The position numbers and the translations under genes were made by a program. From contig CM059432.1 of NCBI GenBank assembly GCA_030390025.1, positions 70,248,001 through 70,312,000 of the forward strand: 64,000 bases of DNA. Reading direction: 5' to 3'. Source of the stretch: Squalus acanthias. Taxonomy: Eukaryota. Shown here in pieces: positions 12,577 to 23,170 of the stretch (positions are counted from its first letter, which is position 1; each line of letters opens with the position of its first letter). The notes beneath the pieces were generated by a model that searched no databases, was not told where the DNA came from, and saw nothing but the letters and a program-made list of their open reading frames with translations.

Positions 12577-12613
12577 TCACCTGACGAAGGAGCAGTGCTC
12601 CGAAAGCTTGTGA
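12577..12613 (+). ncRNA. Minimal type I hammerhead ribozyme motif (Penelope pLTR)
   Basis: tcac-CTGACGA-aggagc-agt-gctcc-GAAA-gctt-gtga: stem I tcac/gtga, CUGANGA core, stem II ggagc/gctcc, GAAA, and a palindromic AGCT stem III. Confidence 0.8.
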
Positions 12614-12689
12614 TTTCAAATAAAGCTGTTGGACTATAACCTGGTGTTGTGCGACTTCTCACATCTTCATTCAAATTTCAGGAGATAAT

Positions 12690-13413
12690 GGCCCAGAAAT
12701 TGATCTCGCTCTGTTCCCGCGGGGGTAAGCCTTCCCCGCGATGTCTCACCTCGCTTATGCTTTTTCTGATCCAGCTCGCACGAACTTGATGTTCCAGACA
12801 TCAGCTGTGCTGGGCTTGCGTATCCCAGCGGCGTAGTGAATTCGTGCGAGCTGTGGGATCACGTGACTCAGTTAGAGCCAATGGCAGCACACCATCTTCC
12901 ATTCATAAGTCTCATGAATCTTACACCCCCCCAAAATAACAGCTAAACCTCAATTAAATTTTTTTTAAAAACCATCACATTAATAAAATAAGTATAGTTA
13001 ATTAAATTAACCATTTTAAATAAAAAATTAAATTTTTGAAAAAATTTAAAATCTTTTAAAAAGTTATAAAAATAAACTTACCTGTCTTTAAAGTCTATAA
13101 AAAAGATATACCTGTAAAAAAAAATTCAAAAAAATACTTAATTCACTACTTACCTTCTTAAAAGCGGGTCTTACTCCTCCTTTTTACATTTCCAAAATCT
13201 TCCCTACTTACCTGCGCGTCCAAAGCATGAAGTGCACAGCGTGCGCGCAGCCTGTAGCGCGCACGCGATGCACCCAGGCCCCGCCCCCTTTTCGGAAGAG
13301 CAATTGCCGGTTTTCAGCGCATGCGCAGGGCATGCAGAAAACCGGCAATTGGAGTGGGAATACGCGAGAGTATGCAGTGCGTACTCTCGCGTCCCGGGAT
13401 CAATTTTCGGCCC
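12690..13413. mobile_element. Harbinger-type MITE with AT-rich core
   Basis: TIR GGCCCAGAAATTGATC / GATCAATTTTCGGCCC. Shares gggatcacgtg..agccaat, aataaacttacct and the ccggtttt..gcgcatgcgca..aaaccggc hairpin with 22468-23170. The TSD is not clean. Confidence 0.75.
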
Positions 13414-14892
13414 ATACTTTTTTGTTGCTTCTTTTGCTGAATCTCATCCAGGCGGGTTTGTAAGTCAGCCTCATTGAAATTGTGAGCTATTCTCTGTTGC
13501 TTACCTGCAATGCCCTTCTCTGGCTAGATCTTCCAGTGGAAGACATTCTTTAAAAGTGGCACAAATTCATACATAAGCCATCCAGTACAGTTAGCTGACA
13601 GTCAACTCACTGAGCCAAGCACTTCCCTACTTACATACTTTCCTACTGGCTGTTCTCCCAGCCGACTGCTGCCCTCTCCAGTCAGACTTATACTTATTTC
13701 CAAGCACCCCCAGCATAGTACTCCCATTTTGTATAAGGAATACGCTAGAGAAATGACCAATGGATATTTAAATGAGCTGAACCTGCCAATCATCGCAGGG
13801 CCAGCGCTGCAGATGATCAGCAGGCTCAAGTCCCAGCTCAGGGACCCAAAGCCAGAATTTAAGGGCTTACCTGCCTTTCATCAGGATCTAACAAGCTCAT
13901 TTACATCATAATCAAGGGTAGCCATGTACAATTAGCATATCCCCTTATAAGTTACTGTTCAGTGTCGCCCACTGACTTTCACACTTTCACACTATGCACC
14001 GAAAACTCCAGCATCATCAGCATAATACATTTATGCTGCACATCTGACAAAGTTCAACCCCAACAAAAATTCATGAAGTGTAATGGTTATATACATCACA
14101 GATGCTGATCTCAGTATGCAAAAGTAGCTCCTGAGCTCGTAAGCAGCAAGACTGCAGGTTTCACTTTATATTCAGAGCACCAGAACCATTTATTGGCTTG
14201 TAAACAAGGCAGCTCCTGCATATATCATTTAAACGTCCTTTTGTCTACTTTTTCTCATAAATTGCTTCTGCTTTGAAAGTTTCTTCCTGTTTAATTTGCA
14301 GTCGATGGCTCATTTCACCAAGTGATATAATTCTTAGTTGAAACATTTTAGAGTGCATCAAACTTAATTATTTAATTATTTAAACATTTTGCAGTATGTA
14401 AACCAGACAGCTACCTATATTTATTACGTGAATTGTCCACATTTTCTCACTAAAATCTTATATTTGTAGCTGAGGGGCCCAATAAATGGGAAGCCAGCAG
14501 GAAAATAGTCAACAAAGTCCAATAAAAATGTAAATCTAGCTGCTTTCCGGTCCATGGAGGCAGTGTTGATTATTGATTTATTTTCTGTGGCCCAGTCAAA
14601 CAGTGCACAATACAACATTCAAAAGTTAATTGTTAATTGTATTTTTAATACTGTCTATAATCTCCCTTTGTACTCAATTTGAAACACTGCTCATTAAACA
14701 AATGTTTCTGATGTAACCCCTTTACCACTTCATAATTAATCCAAATTGCATTAAATCACTACAGTATTTGATTTGTAAAAACCTTAATTTCTATTTTTCA
14801 ACTCTACTGTGCAAGTATTATGTGAATGGGTGTTCCAAGAAGCTTAAGGGGGCAATTGTCTTCTTGAAAAAGTTTTTGACATGCCTTTTCCA

Positions 14893-15930
14893 GGGAGTGA
14901 GCCTATGGCAGTACAGTAGTAGCATTCCCACCTCTGAGTCTGAAGGTAAAGGGGTTCAAGCCTCAGTCCAGACAGCCCCAGTGAGTGGAGACAGGCTATA
15001 TTGGACTGGGTACTGTGCAATGAGAAGGGACACCAGTCACTGAAGGCGAGCATGCAGGTGCAACAGGCGATCAAGAAGGCAAACGGTATGCTGGCCTTCA
15101 TAGCAAAAGGGTTGGAATACAGGAACAGGGATACCTTGCTGCAGCTGTACAGGGCACTGGTGAGACCACACCTCGAGTACTGTGTACAGTTTTGGTCGCC
15201 TCATCTGAGGAAAGATGTTCTTGCCATGGAGGGGGTGCAGCGGCGATTCACCAGGCTGATACCAGGAATGGCGGGATTGACCTATGAGGAGAGACTATGT
15301 AGTTTAGGGATGTACACACTGGAGTTTAGAAGATTGAGAGGGGACCTCATAGAAGTGTATAAAATTCTGACAGGTCTAGACAGACTAGATGCAGAAGGAA
15401 TGTTTCCCTTGGCGGGTGAGAACAGAACTAGAGGACATAATTTAAGGATAAGGGCTAAACCATTTAGGACAGAAATGAGGGGGAATTTCTTCACTCAGAG
15501 GGTGGTGAACCTGTGGAACTCATTGCCACAGAGGGCAGTGTACGCCAGCTCATTAAATATATTTAAGAGGGAATTAGATGTATTTCTACAGGCAAAAGGG
15601 GTTAAGGGTTACGGAGAGAAGGCGGGGACGGGATACTGAATTGGAGGATCAGCCATGATCTCATTAAATGGCGGAGCAGGCTCGAAGGGCCGGATGGCCT
15701 ACTCCTGCTCCTATCTTCTATGTATCTATGTATCTATGTATATGGCTCTAAATACTGGGGTGACATCCAGCAGGGTAATGACATCCAAACAGAGCGACCA
15801 CTGGCTCAGTGGTAGTATTCCTGCCTGTGAGCCAGAAGAATTGAGTTCGGGTCCCACTTCAGTCCTGTCGAGTGGAGACTAAACTGCTGGTTCTGAATAC
15901 TGGGTTGACATCCAGCTAGGGTACTTGTAT
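14893..15930 (+). mobile_element. Tandem pair of tRNA-derived SINE-like units; the first is interrupted by a CR1
   Basis: A/B-box-like heads (tggcagtacagtagtagc...gggttcaagcc and tggctcagtggtag...gagttcgggtccc), each followed by gagtggagac...aatactggg.tgacatccagc. Confidence 0.45.
15001..15740 (+). mobile_element. CR1 LINE, 5'-truncated (ORF2 C-terminus and tail)
   Basis: [42 protein letters not shown]...RGHNLRI...FFTQRVVNLWNSLP, followed by a 3' UTR hairpin and a (ctatgtat)n tail. Confidence 0.92.
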
Positions 15931-16254
15931 CCAGTTATGTGTGGGTGCTCCCCCACCCTTACGCCCCATCGTAAAGGCTTTAGCATTGGTTGCCGCCCAC
16001 TTAGGAGAAGGTCCTCTGAAGATAAAAACCGTGAGGAAAGCAACGGAAACCACTTCAGTTACCCCTCCCTAGTAAGTTGCTCTAGAATCTCCTGTGTGAG
16101 ACTTGAATTAGGACCTACCCTAGGGCAGAACACAATGGACAGATGGGCAAATACATACATTTTGGATAAGAAGTAGGAAACAGCGGCTACTGCCTAGAGG
16201 AGCGATATCAAAGTAGAGTGAAATACTGAGTTGAGTGCCCAGGACTTTTTCTAA

Positions 16255-16420
16255 CTTACCTTTAACATAGTAAAACATCCCAAGGTGCTTCACAGGAGCG
16301 TTATCAAACAAAATTTGACACTGAGCCACATAAGGAGATATTAGGGCAGATGACCAAAAGCTTGATCAAAGAGGTAGGTTTTAAGGAGTGTCTTAAAGGA
16401 GGAGAGGTAAAGAGGTGGAA
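16255..16420 (-). mobile_element. L2 LINE 3' fragment
   Basis: Matches the L2-type end at 21785-22160 (tttaac.tagtaaaa..tc.caagg.gcttcacaggag...gatgaccaaaagcttg.tcaaagaggtaggttttaaggag). Confidence 0.7.
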
Positions 16421-16424
16421 AGAA

Positions 16425-16755
16425 AGAAGAAAGAAAGTAAGACTTGCATTTATATAGTGCCTTTCATGACCTGAGAACGTCCCAAAGCGCTTTACAGCCA
16501 ATGAAGTACTTTTGAAGTGCAGTCACTGTTGTAATGTAGGAAACGCAGCAGCCAATTTGCACACAGCAAGGTCCCACAAACAGGAATGTGATAATGACCA
16601 GATAATCTGTTTTTGTGATATTGATTGAGGGATAAATGATGGCCAGGACCACAGGGATAACTCCCCTGCTCTTCTTCAAAATAGTGCCATGGGATCTTTT
16701 ACATCCACCTGAGAGGACAGACGAGGCCTCGGTTTAACGTCTCATCTGAAATCTG
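16425..16755 (-). mobile_element. SINE with L2-type tail (DeuSINE/SacSINE-like)
   Basis: (aaga)n tail plus cttgcatttatatagtgcctttcatgacc...gtcactgttgtaatgtaggaaacgcagcagccaatttgcacacagcaag...aatagtgccatgggatcttttacatccacctgaga. Further copies at ~37345-37445, ~37600-37990 and ~61915-62130. The family name is from memory. Confidence 0.7.
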
Positions 16756-17194
16756 AGAGTAATAGGGCAGTGTGCAATTACACAATCAGTAATATAATAA
16801 CAGAGCACCAATTACATGCGTTGAAGCACAGAGCTTCTATCGGAAACCAGATTGTACTGACCAATATGGTGGCATTAAATCAGAGTAGAGCAGCTTCTGT
16901 TATTGAAATAAAGAGGAGAACCTTCATGCTCTCTCTCTAGGTTGCTGAGCCATGTCTTCAACCTGACTGACAATGAGGTGCTGCTGCAACAAAGCACCTC
17001 CCCTTTAAGTAGTGCAAAGAGCCGAGGCCAAACATTACAGGCCATTAGACTGCACCTGATATTGGCCCACCTGTTGAGCGCTAAGCCAATCAGCAGTGAT
17101 TTTAGCACTGCAATCATTCTAATAAGCAGGCAGCACGAAATTTGGACGGGCACAAGCATTTTCGGGCCTAATCCCATTTCTAGGCCTAGTGTCA

Positions 17195-18150
17195 GATGAC
17201 TGAGTTATTAGGACAGATTGGAGAAGCTTGGGCTTTTCAGCCTTGAAAAGAGGTCACTAAATAGGGACTTCGTTGAGGTAAATAAGATAGTAAACAATGT
17301 AGAAAAGGGAAATCTGGGACATTGGCCCCGAATTTGCAGTCCTGATGACGACAAACTGGCAGCATTCGCCGTCATTTCACCTTTGAAACTGACCGCAACT
17401 TCAGGATTTAGTGCATGTGCAGCCTAATGCGGAAATCCTGAAGTTACGGTCTGTCATTCACTGCTCCTCCACAGGCTGTGCTATGCCGGCAATCAGTGAA
17501 ATCTCTCAAATCAGGGAAACTGCAGTAATTACGCTGTTAAATAGCCCACTAAAAGTTAGACCCAAAATGAATAGGTGTAACTGGGGTTTTAACAGCATAT
17601 TGACTGCTAAACAAAGGTTATGGCCCTGAAAAAACTAATTTTAATTTTGTGCAGTGTCGAATTTATCCATTTTAATAAAAATTAAAATTTTTAAGAAGCT
17701 TTTAAAAAGTTTGTTCATCTTTATTTCAGGTTTGCCTTTTCCCCATGTGAGAGCACCAATCTTTGTTTTGCTCACTCTAACATTTTTAAAAAGTTAGAAT
17801 TTTAAGAGCCTACTCACTTCCTTGTTCGCTGTCTGTGAGAATTCTGATTGGCTGCTTAGACAGCCCGTTGACATCACAGCAGCTCTCACTATGGGATTCC
17901 CACTATACTATGTTGATTTGAATTACATGTCCTAAACTTCTCGACACAGAGTTCGCGAGATCTTTGTGCAAAGCTTACTTTGGGGCCAGCGGCGAATGCC
18001 TTTGCTTCGCAGCTGACTGCAAATTCTGGGCTATTATTTCAACTTAAACTGTGATGGTTGGATTAGGAGGCACAGCTTCAAACTAGTGAAAGAAAAATTA
18101 AAGCTGATGTCACAAAATTCCACTTCGCTTAAGAAGTGATCAACATGGGG
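17195..18150 (+). mobile_element. Old CR1 3' fragment split by a MITE
   Basis: LEKLGLFSLEKRSLNRDFVEVNKIV lies before 17324 and the fragment resumes after 18032 (aggaggcacagcttcaaact...gtgatcaacatg). Confidence 0.7.
17324..18032. mobile_element. Harbinger-type MITE
   Basis: TIR GGCCCCGAATTTGCAGTC / GACTGCAAATTCTGGGCT (16/18 match), TSD ATT at 17321-17323 and 18033-18035. Confidence 0.85.
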
Positions 18151-21100
18151 ATGGATTTCACGATAAAACCACCTTCCAAATGTCCACAGGACTACTGGCG
18201 CTGTCTGTGCAGTTCCAGCACTGATCGACAGCTCATTGATTGGGGTGCAGGGCCGAGCAGGAAGGAAACCCTTAAAGAGATGGGCCATGCCAATGGGGGG
18301 GTGGGGGGGTGCAGGGAGGGGCAACAGCAGAAGGTTAGACAGAGGCTGGAAGGATTATGCTCATCCTTCGCTGCAAAGATCCTACACAAACCTGAATTTT
18401 GGCCTTTTCTCAGCAGCCTCCAGCAATGCCTTTAAGGGATGCTGTTATGGCTGCTTAACACTCGGTGTCATTGTGTGGGGCTTGTGCAATGTTGGCACCG
18501 CAATTTTTCAGTTCAAAATAGCATTGGGATCCTCTGTACGTTTTATATATATAGTACACATAGTAACGGGAGCTCTGGCCGTTTATTTTGCAGGCCGTTC
18601 CAAAATTTGCTGTAAGCACGAAGCCGGCGGTAGGTTTCTCATTGCGATTCTGATCTTACTACCACCGAAAACATGGCAGTAGAGAGACTGAAATCACCCC
18701 CAGGGAGGCTTGGCTGTGTTGTTTGGAGTGGGAGTGCATAGTTTAAAGTATATTGAAGTTGGGAAAAGTTCAATACCAGGGCCATATTGTGTATATATTA
18801 GCCCACAGCCTTAGGTTCCACCAGTAAAATAATTTCTCTTTCAGAATTTCCATTAAGCAGGGAAATAAATGAAGGATATACCCAATCTTCCGCCTTTTTT
18901 ATTTGTTTTTCTCTAGAAACTATTGGAGCAGAAAATCCAGTGGGACCTATTACAGATGTTATCACTGGTGAATGGCACCATATAAGTCTTTCTACACCCA
19001 CGTGTATGGCATTGATCCTCTCAGCATGTGAATTATAAACCATCTGAGAATTATTGCCACACTCTGAGGTTGGGATCTGCTTGAGTTCTAGCCATGGTGG
19101 ATGATTACCATATATGTGTGCATATAAGGCAACCCACCTTAAGAAAACATGTAGAAAAACTTACAGCTCTCGTATAAGGCGAGGAGCAAAACTATATCTT
19201 CCAAAATTCTCACCTTTACGTCTGCTGGCATTCACAAATTGCTGTTCTTTGACATTTCAACCAACACAATCCTATCATGCGTTCCTCCACTCCTCCCAGT
19301 ACTGTCATATTTAAATAGGAGCTCTTCCTCCAAATTTCAGTACTGGCTCCTGCTGCTGATTTTAAATATCTCATAGTTGCCCAATGTCTGCGTGTTGTAC
19401 AAACTGTAGACGTTTCTGGCCTTCATTTGTGCTATTTGCCCTGGGCCTCAAAAGCTCACTGATCCTCGGACATTTTAAATCTTGCTGAAACTGCCTCGTT
19501 GTCCATTGTGCATGTGTGATATTTTAGCACATGCTCAGAAAAGACAATGCACAAAGGATAATGAGGCAATTTCATCAATCTCCAGGGTCATTTCATTGTA
19601 ACAGGAGTTGGAAGTATGAGAGTTCGTATACCTGCTTCTGTTACAGGAGGTGTTGAAAGATTTATGGAAAGACACTGACACATATTTAGGCCGCTCACCC
19701 ATCTACTCTGTGTTTAAGAAGCATTATTCAGACTGGTCAGTGCAATCTGCCACCCAAATTCTTCAGTCTATAACTGGGAGAGAGTTATGCTATTGTAATC
19801 TAATTGAGGTACATAAGACATCATGAACCACATATGTTTTTTATATTGGCTCTTTTTTTGCTACTGGCAATCACCATGGTGAATGTTAGCAGCAAGTGTC
19901 AATACAAATAACATCAGCGAGCACCATTCCAAATATCACAACAAATATCAGTAAAATGTCATGTGGATCAAACAATGAAGAATGATTGAGAGTACTGGAG
20001 AGCACAATGAGCTAAAACACTGCTCCAAAACTGCCCTGACAGTTTGTTTGACTTGAAACCAGCACATACTGTACCACTTATTGCACTCCAGTAGCTTCAT
20101 TAACATCCAGTTACTATGTAATGTTTTTGCATCACGCCGATTTATCTTTTGATCACTGTTAAACCATTAACCCAAATTAATAAGAAAATTGAGCAGAATT
20201 TCAAATCTAATGTCTTTGTTATGAAGGCAAGCTGTCAGTCACCTCTACGGTTACAGCAGGTCTCATTCAGCTAGTTTAATTTTGAAACATAGAGAAAAAT
20301 CTCAGCAGTTCATAACAGACCCTGAGTAAAAAGCGAACACGTGTGAGTCCTGTGCACACTATGGGCTAACGGAAGAAGCTGGTAGGAAACTTATGAACAT
20401 GTTTTGCAGTTAGTAAATGTCTGAAGTATGGACATCACTTTGGAGAAGTGAACTAGTAGAATTTATTATACAGTCTGACATGTATCAATATATAATTTCT
20501 AATATATATTTATTAATATATATATATTATATTTACTTTTAAACATATTGAAGTCATAGAGATAAAAATCAGGAGTGATGTAAAACGGGCTGCTGATTCA
20601 CTATCACCCGATTTACACTATCACACAAAGTCAAGATCTACCCCCAGTAGTGTAATACATTGGTTGGTCTAAAGCACTGTGCTAAGGCATTGTGGGACGT
20701 GGCTTTGTTTAGACTGGACTTGTCTTGATTTTTACAATTAAACTTTGTTTTGTCCCAGACAGATCACGAATTTCAAATCTGAAAGGCCTGTTCTTAGGCC
20801 TCTCGTGCCATCCAGTCATTGCAATGACAACAATTTGCACCCTCCAGACTTGTATTTAAGGTGCATTTGGGTTTTGATTTGTACAGTTGGAAGGAGAGGG
20901 CATTTTTTGCACAGGGCACAGCCCTGAAATGGGAGCAAAGAGCTTGCATCCTGGTAGAGCTGAGGGTGTGATTGGAATCAAGGTTTGGCTTCATCTGGGA
21001 GTGGAGGTCGTTTGGACTAAGTTCCATGACATTGTTCATGGGCCAACAAGCACAAGCTGGTAAAAATGTATGATTCGGCTGAATTTCAACAACAGGACAA

Positions 21101-21784
21101 AAAAAATCGGCAATGTATACTGAAAAGATAAAGCACAGCAAAAGAACAGGAAAAGCAGGCAAGGAAAGAAACACAGAACATTTCAGATTGCTTCAAAAAG
21201 TGTCAAAAATCTAATTTAATGGAGGAGGTATGTCCCAAAAGCCCTAGAAAATAAGTTTCACACCACCAGAGCTCATTTTCCCTTTAAACATTTCTAACTC
21301 TGCCACTGCCAAAATTGTACTTTTGCGTATTTCAGGTTTTTCACTCTAAAATGCAACCGATGGAATATTGGGTATCGCTGTAGCTTCAGTCATGACAAGC
21401 TAACGCTCCACTGTATTTTTTTTTGTATCTCATACATAAGGGTTTCAGGTTTCACAGAAAAACAAACTGAATTGTGGAATGTGATCCTAAAACACTAATA
21501 AAAATCCTGAAATCCAAAGTAATAAAAACGGAATGTAACTTACTTGGTAGCCTTGAAGCAGTGGCCTCAGTCAGGGGCCTTTATTTGGGGCTGTTTTTCA
21601 TTTTTATGAGTTTTCAGCTTTTTTGAAGGTTTATTGATTGGCATGTATGTATGTATGGTTTGCTCTCTCTGTATCTTATTTTGCTGAATTTTCTCCAATT
21701 TTAAATCAGCACTGAGAGCCTGGGCTGAAGTCAGGAGGGAAAGCTACCACCTATATACTCACAGCCCTGAAGGAGCAAAGTGGA

Positions 21785-22160
21785 ACAAACAACAACAACA
21801 ACTTGTATTTATATAGCGCCTTTAACGTAGTAAAATGTCTCAAGGCGCTTCACAGGAGTATTATAAGACAAAAAATTTGACACTGAGAAGCACAAGGATA
21901 AATTTGGGGAGATGACCAAAAGCTTGGTCAAAGAGGTAGGTTTTAAGGAGCGTCTTAAAGGAGGAAAGTGAGGTGGAGAGGTTTAGGCTGGGAATTCCAG
22001 AGCTTAGGGCCTAGGCAACAGAAGGCACGGCCACCAATGGTTGAGCGATTATAATCAGGGATGCTCAAGAGGGCAGAATTAGAGGAGCGCAGATATCTCC
22101 GGGGGTTGTGGGGCTGGAGGAGATTACAGAGATAGGGAGGGGTGAGGCCATGGAGGGATT
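21785..22160 (-). mobile_element. L2 LINE 3' end
   Basis: Minus-strand LHGLTPPYLCNLLQPHNPRRYLRSSNSALLSIPDYNRSTIGGRAFCCLGPKLWNS, typical of the L2 ORF2 C-terminus, with a (ttg)n tail. Confidence 0.85.
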
Positions 22161-22467
22161 TGGAGCGGACTGCAGAGGCCATAAAGCACGAGAGGAACGG
22201 TCTCTCTGTGACGCAGGGAAGAACCTGAAAAAAAAATTGTAAATCTGAAAAAGTGACGTTGGAGGAGTGGTGGAGCCCGAGGAACTGCAGCTAAGTGATT
22301 CATTTATTTTATAACCAAGTCAGGTGTATAATTTATTATATAATTAATTTAGTGTTTAATTAATTAATCAGATATAGGGGATAACATTTAAATTAACTAA
22401 ATAGCAGATACTAACATTAAAAGGTTCTGAATTTTCATTAAATTAAAATCTGACATATATAAATAAT

Positions 22468-23170
22468 GGCCCGTATTTTCCGATCGCAGGCCTCCCATGG
22501 GCGGAGGCCTGCGACCTGGAAAAATCTGCGCCCTGACCTGAGGGCTCCCGGGAGGCGCACAATTCCGCTCCTGGGCCTCTCCAAACTGCCGGTGCGCGGG
22601 GCCCACGTATCCCAGAGGCGCAGGTAGTTCGCAGCGTCCCTGGGATCACGTGGGCCATGGGGAGCCAATCAAAGAAGGGAATCTCCCTTCATACATTTGA
22701 CAGGAAGACCTGTCAAATATATGAATGGAGATCACCCCCAAAACATAGTAAAACTTTAAATAATTTTTTTTTTTTAAATCACATTTTTAAAATGACTTGA
22801 AAGTACAATAAATTAACTATTTTAAACAAAACTTTAAATTTTTCAAAAAAAAATTAAAGTTTTTTATGGGGCTAAAAATAAACTTACCTTTTTTTAAAGT
22901 ATTTTTAAATGATAAATCAGTGGAAATTTTTTTAAAAAACTTTTTTCAACTCTTATCCTGGTAAAAGCAGGCCTTACGCCTGCTTTTACCAGGCGCTAGA
23001 ATTGCAAGAGTTTTCTGCGGGCGGAGGGTCTCCAAAAAGCGGAACTATCCACCTGCAGAGGCCCTTCTCCAGGGCAGCCGGAGGATCTGTCAAGAGCTTT
23101 CTTGACAGATCGTAAGTGCCGGTTTCCAGCGCATGCGCAGTGCATGCCTGAAACCGGCATTTCCGATGGA
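22468..23170. mobile_element. Harbinger-type MITE (truncated) in the CR1 5' region
   Basis: Starts GGCCCGTATTTTCCGATC and has the same internal blocks as 12690-13413. The right TIR is not evident. Confidence 0.65.

Larger units (their letters stand above)
11595..12662. mobile_element. Penelope-like retroelement: inverted pair of 3' ends (palindrome) with 12-bp TSD
   Basis: Arms ~11631-12129 and 12136-12664 are reverse complements. Both encode GHSASDLRVSVL(Q/L)GGLRDTRQR..VKQKLIAKFRTHEDGLNRDLGFMSRYM*, the C-terminus of a Penelope GIY-YIG endonuclease. TSD ATCTTCATTCAA at 11583-11594 and 12663-12674. Confidence 0.9.
10480..13866 (-). mobile_element. Decayed Harbinger element (Myb/SANT gene side), interrupted by two younger insertions
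   Basis: Minus-strand Myb pieces KQQRIAHNFNEADLQTRLDEIQQKK (~13414-13510) and QCMKKFNDLRRACKV (~11495-11545) are separated by the Penelope palindrome and a MITE. TIR-like end gaatttaagggc at 13866. The left boundary is uncertain. Confidence 0.6.

Noticed and set aside
15800..15865. tRNA-like sequence tggctcagtggtag...gagttcgggtccc
   Set aside because: No complete cloverleaf is evident and it is followed by a SINE body; treated as a SINE head.
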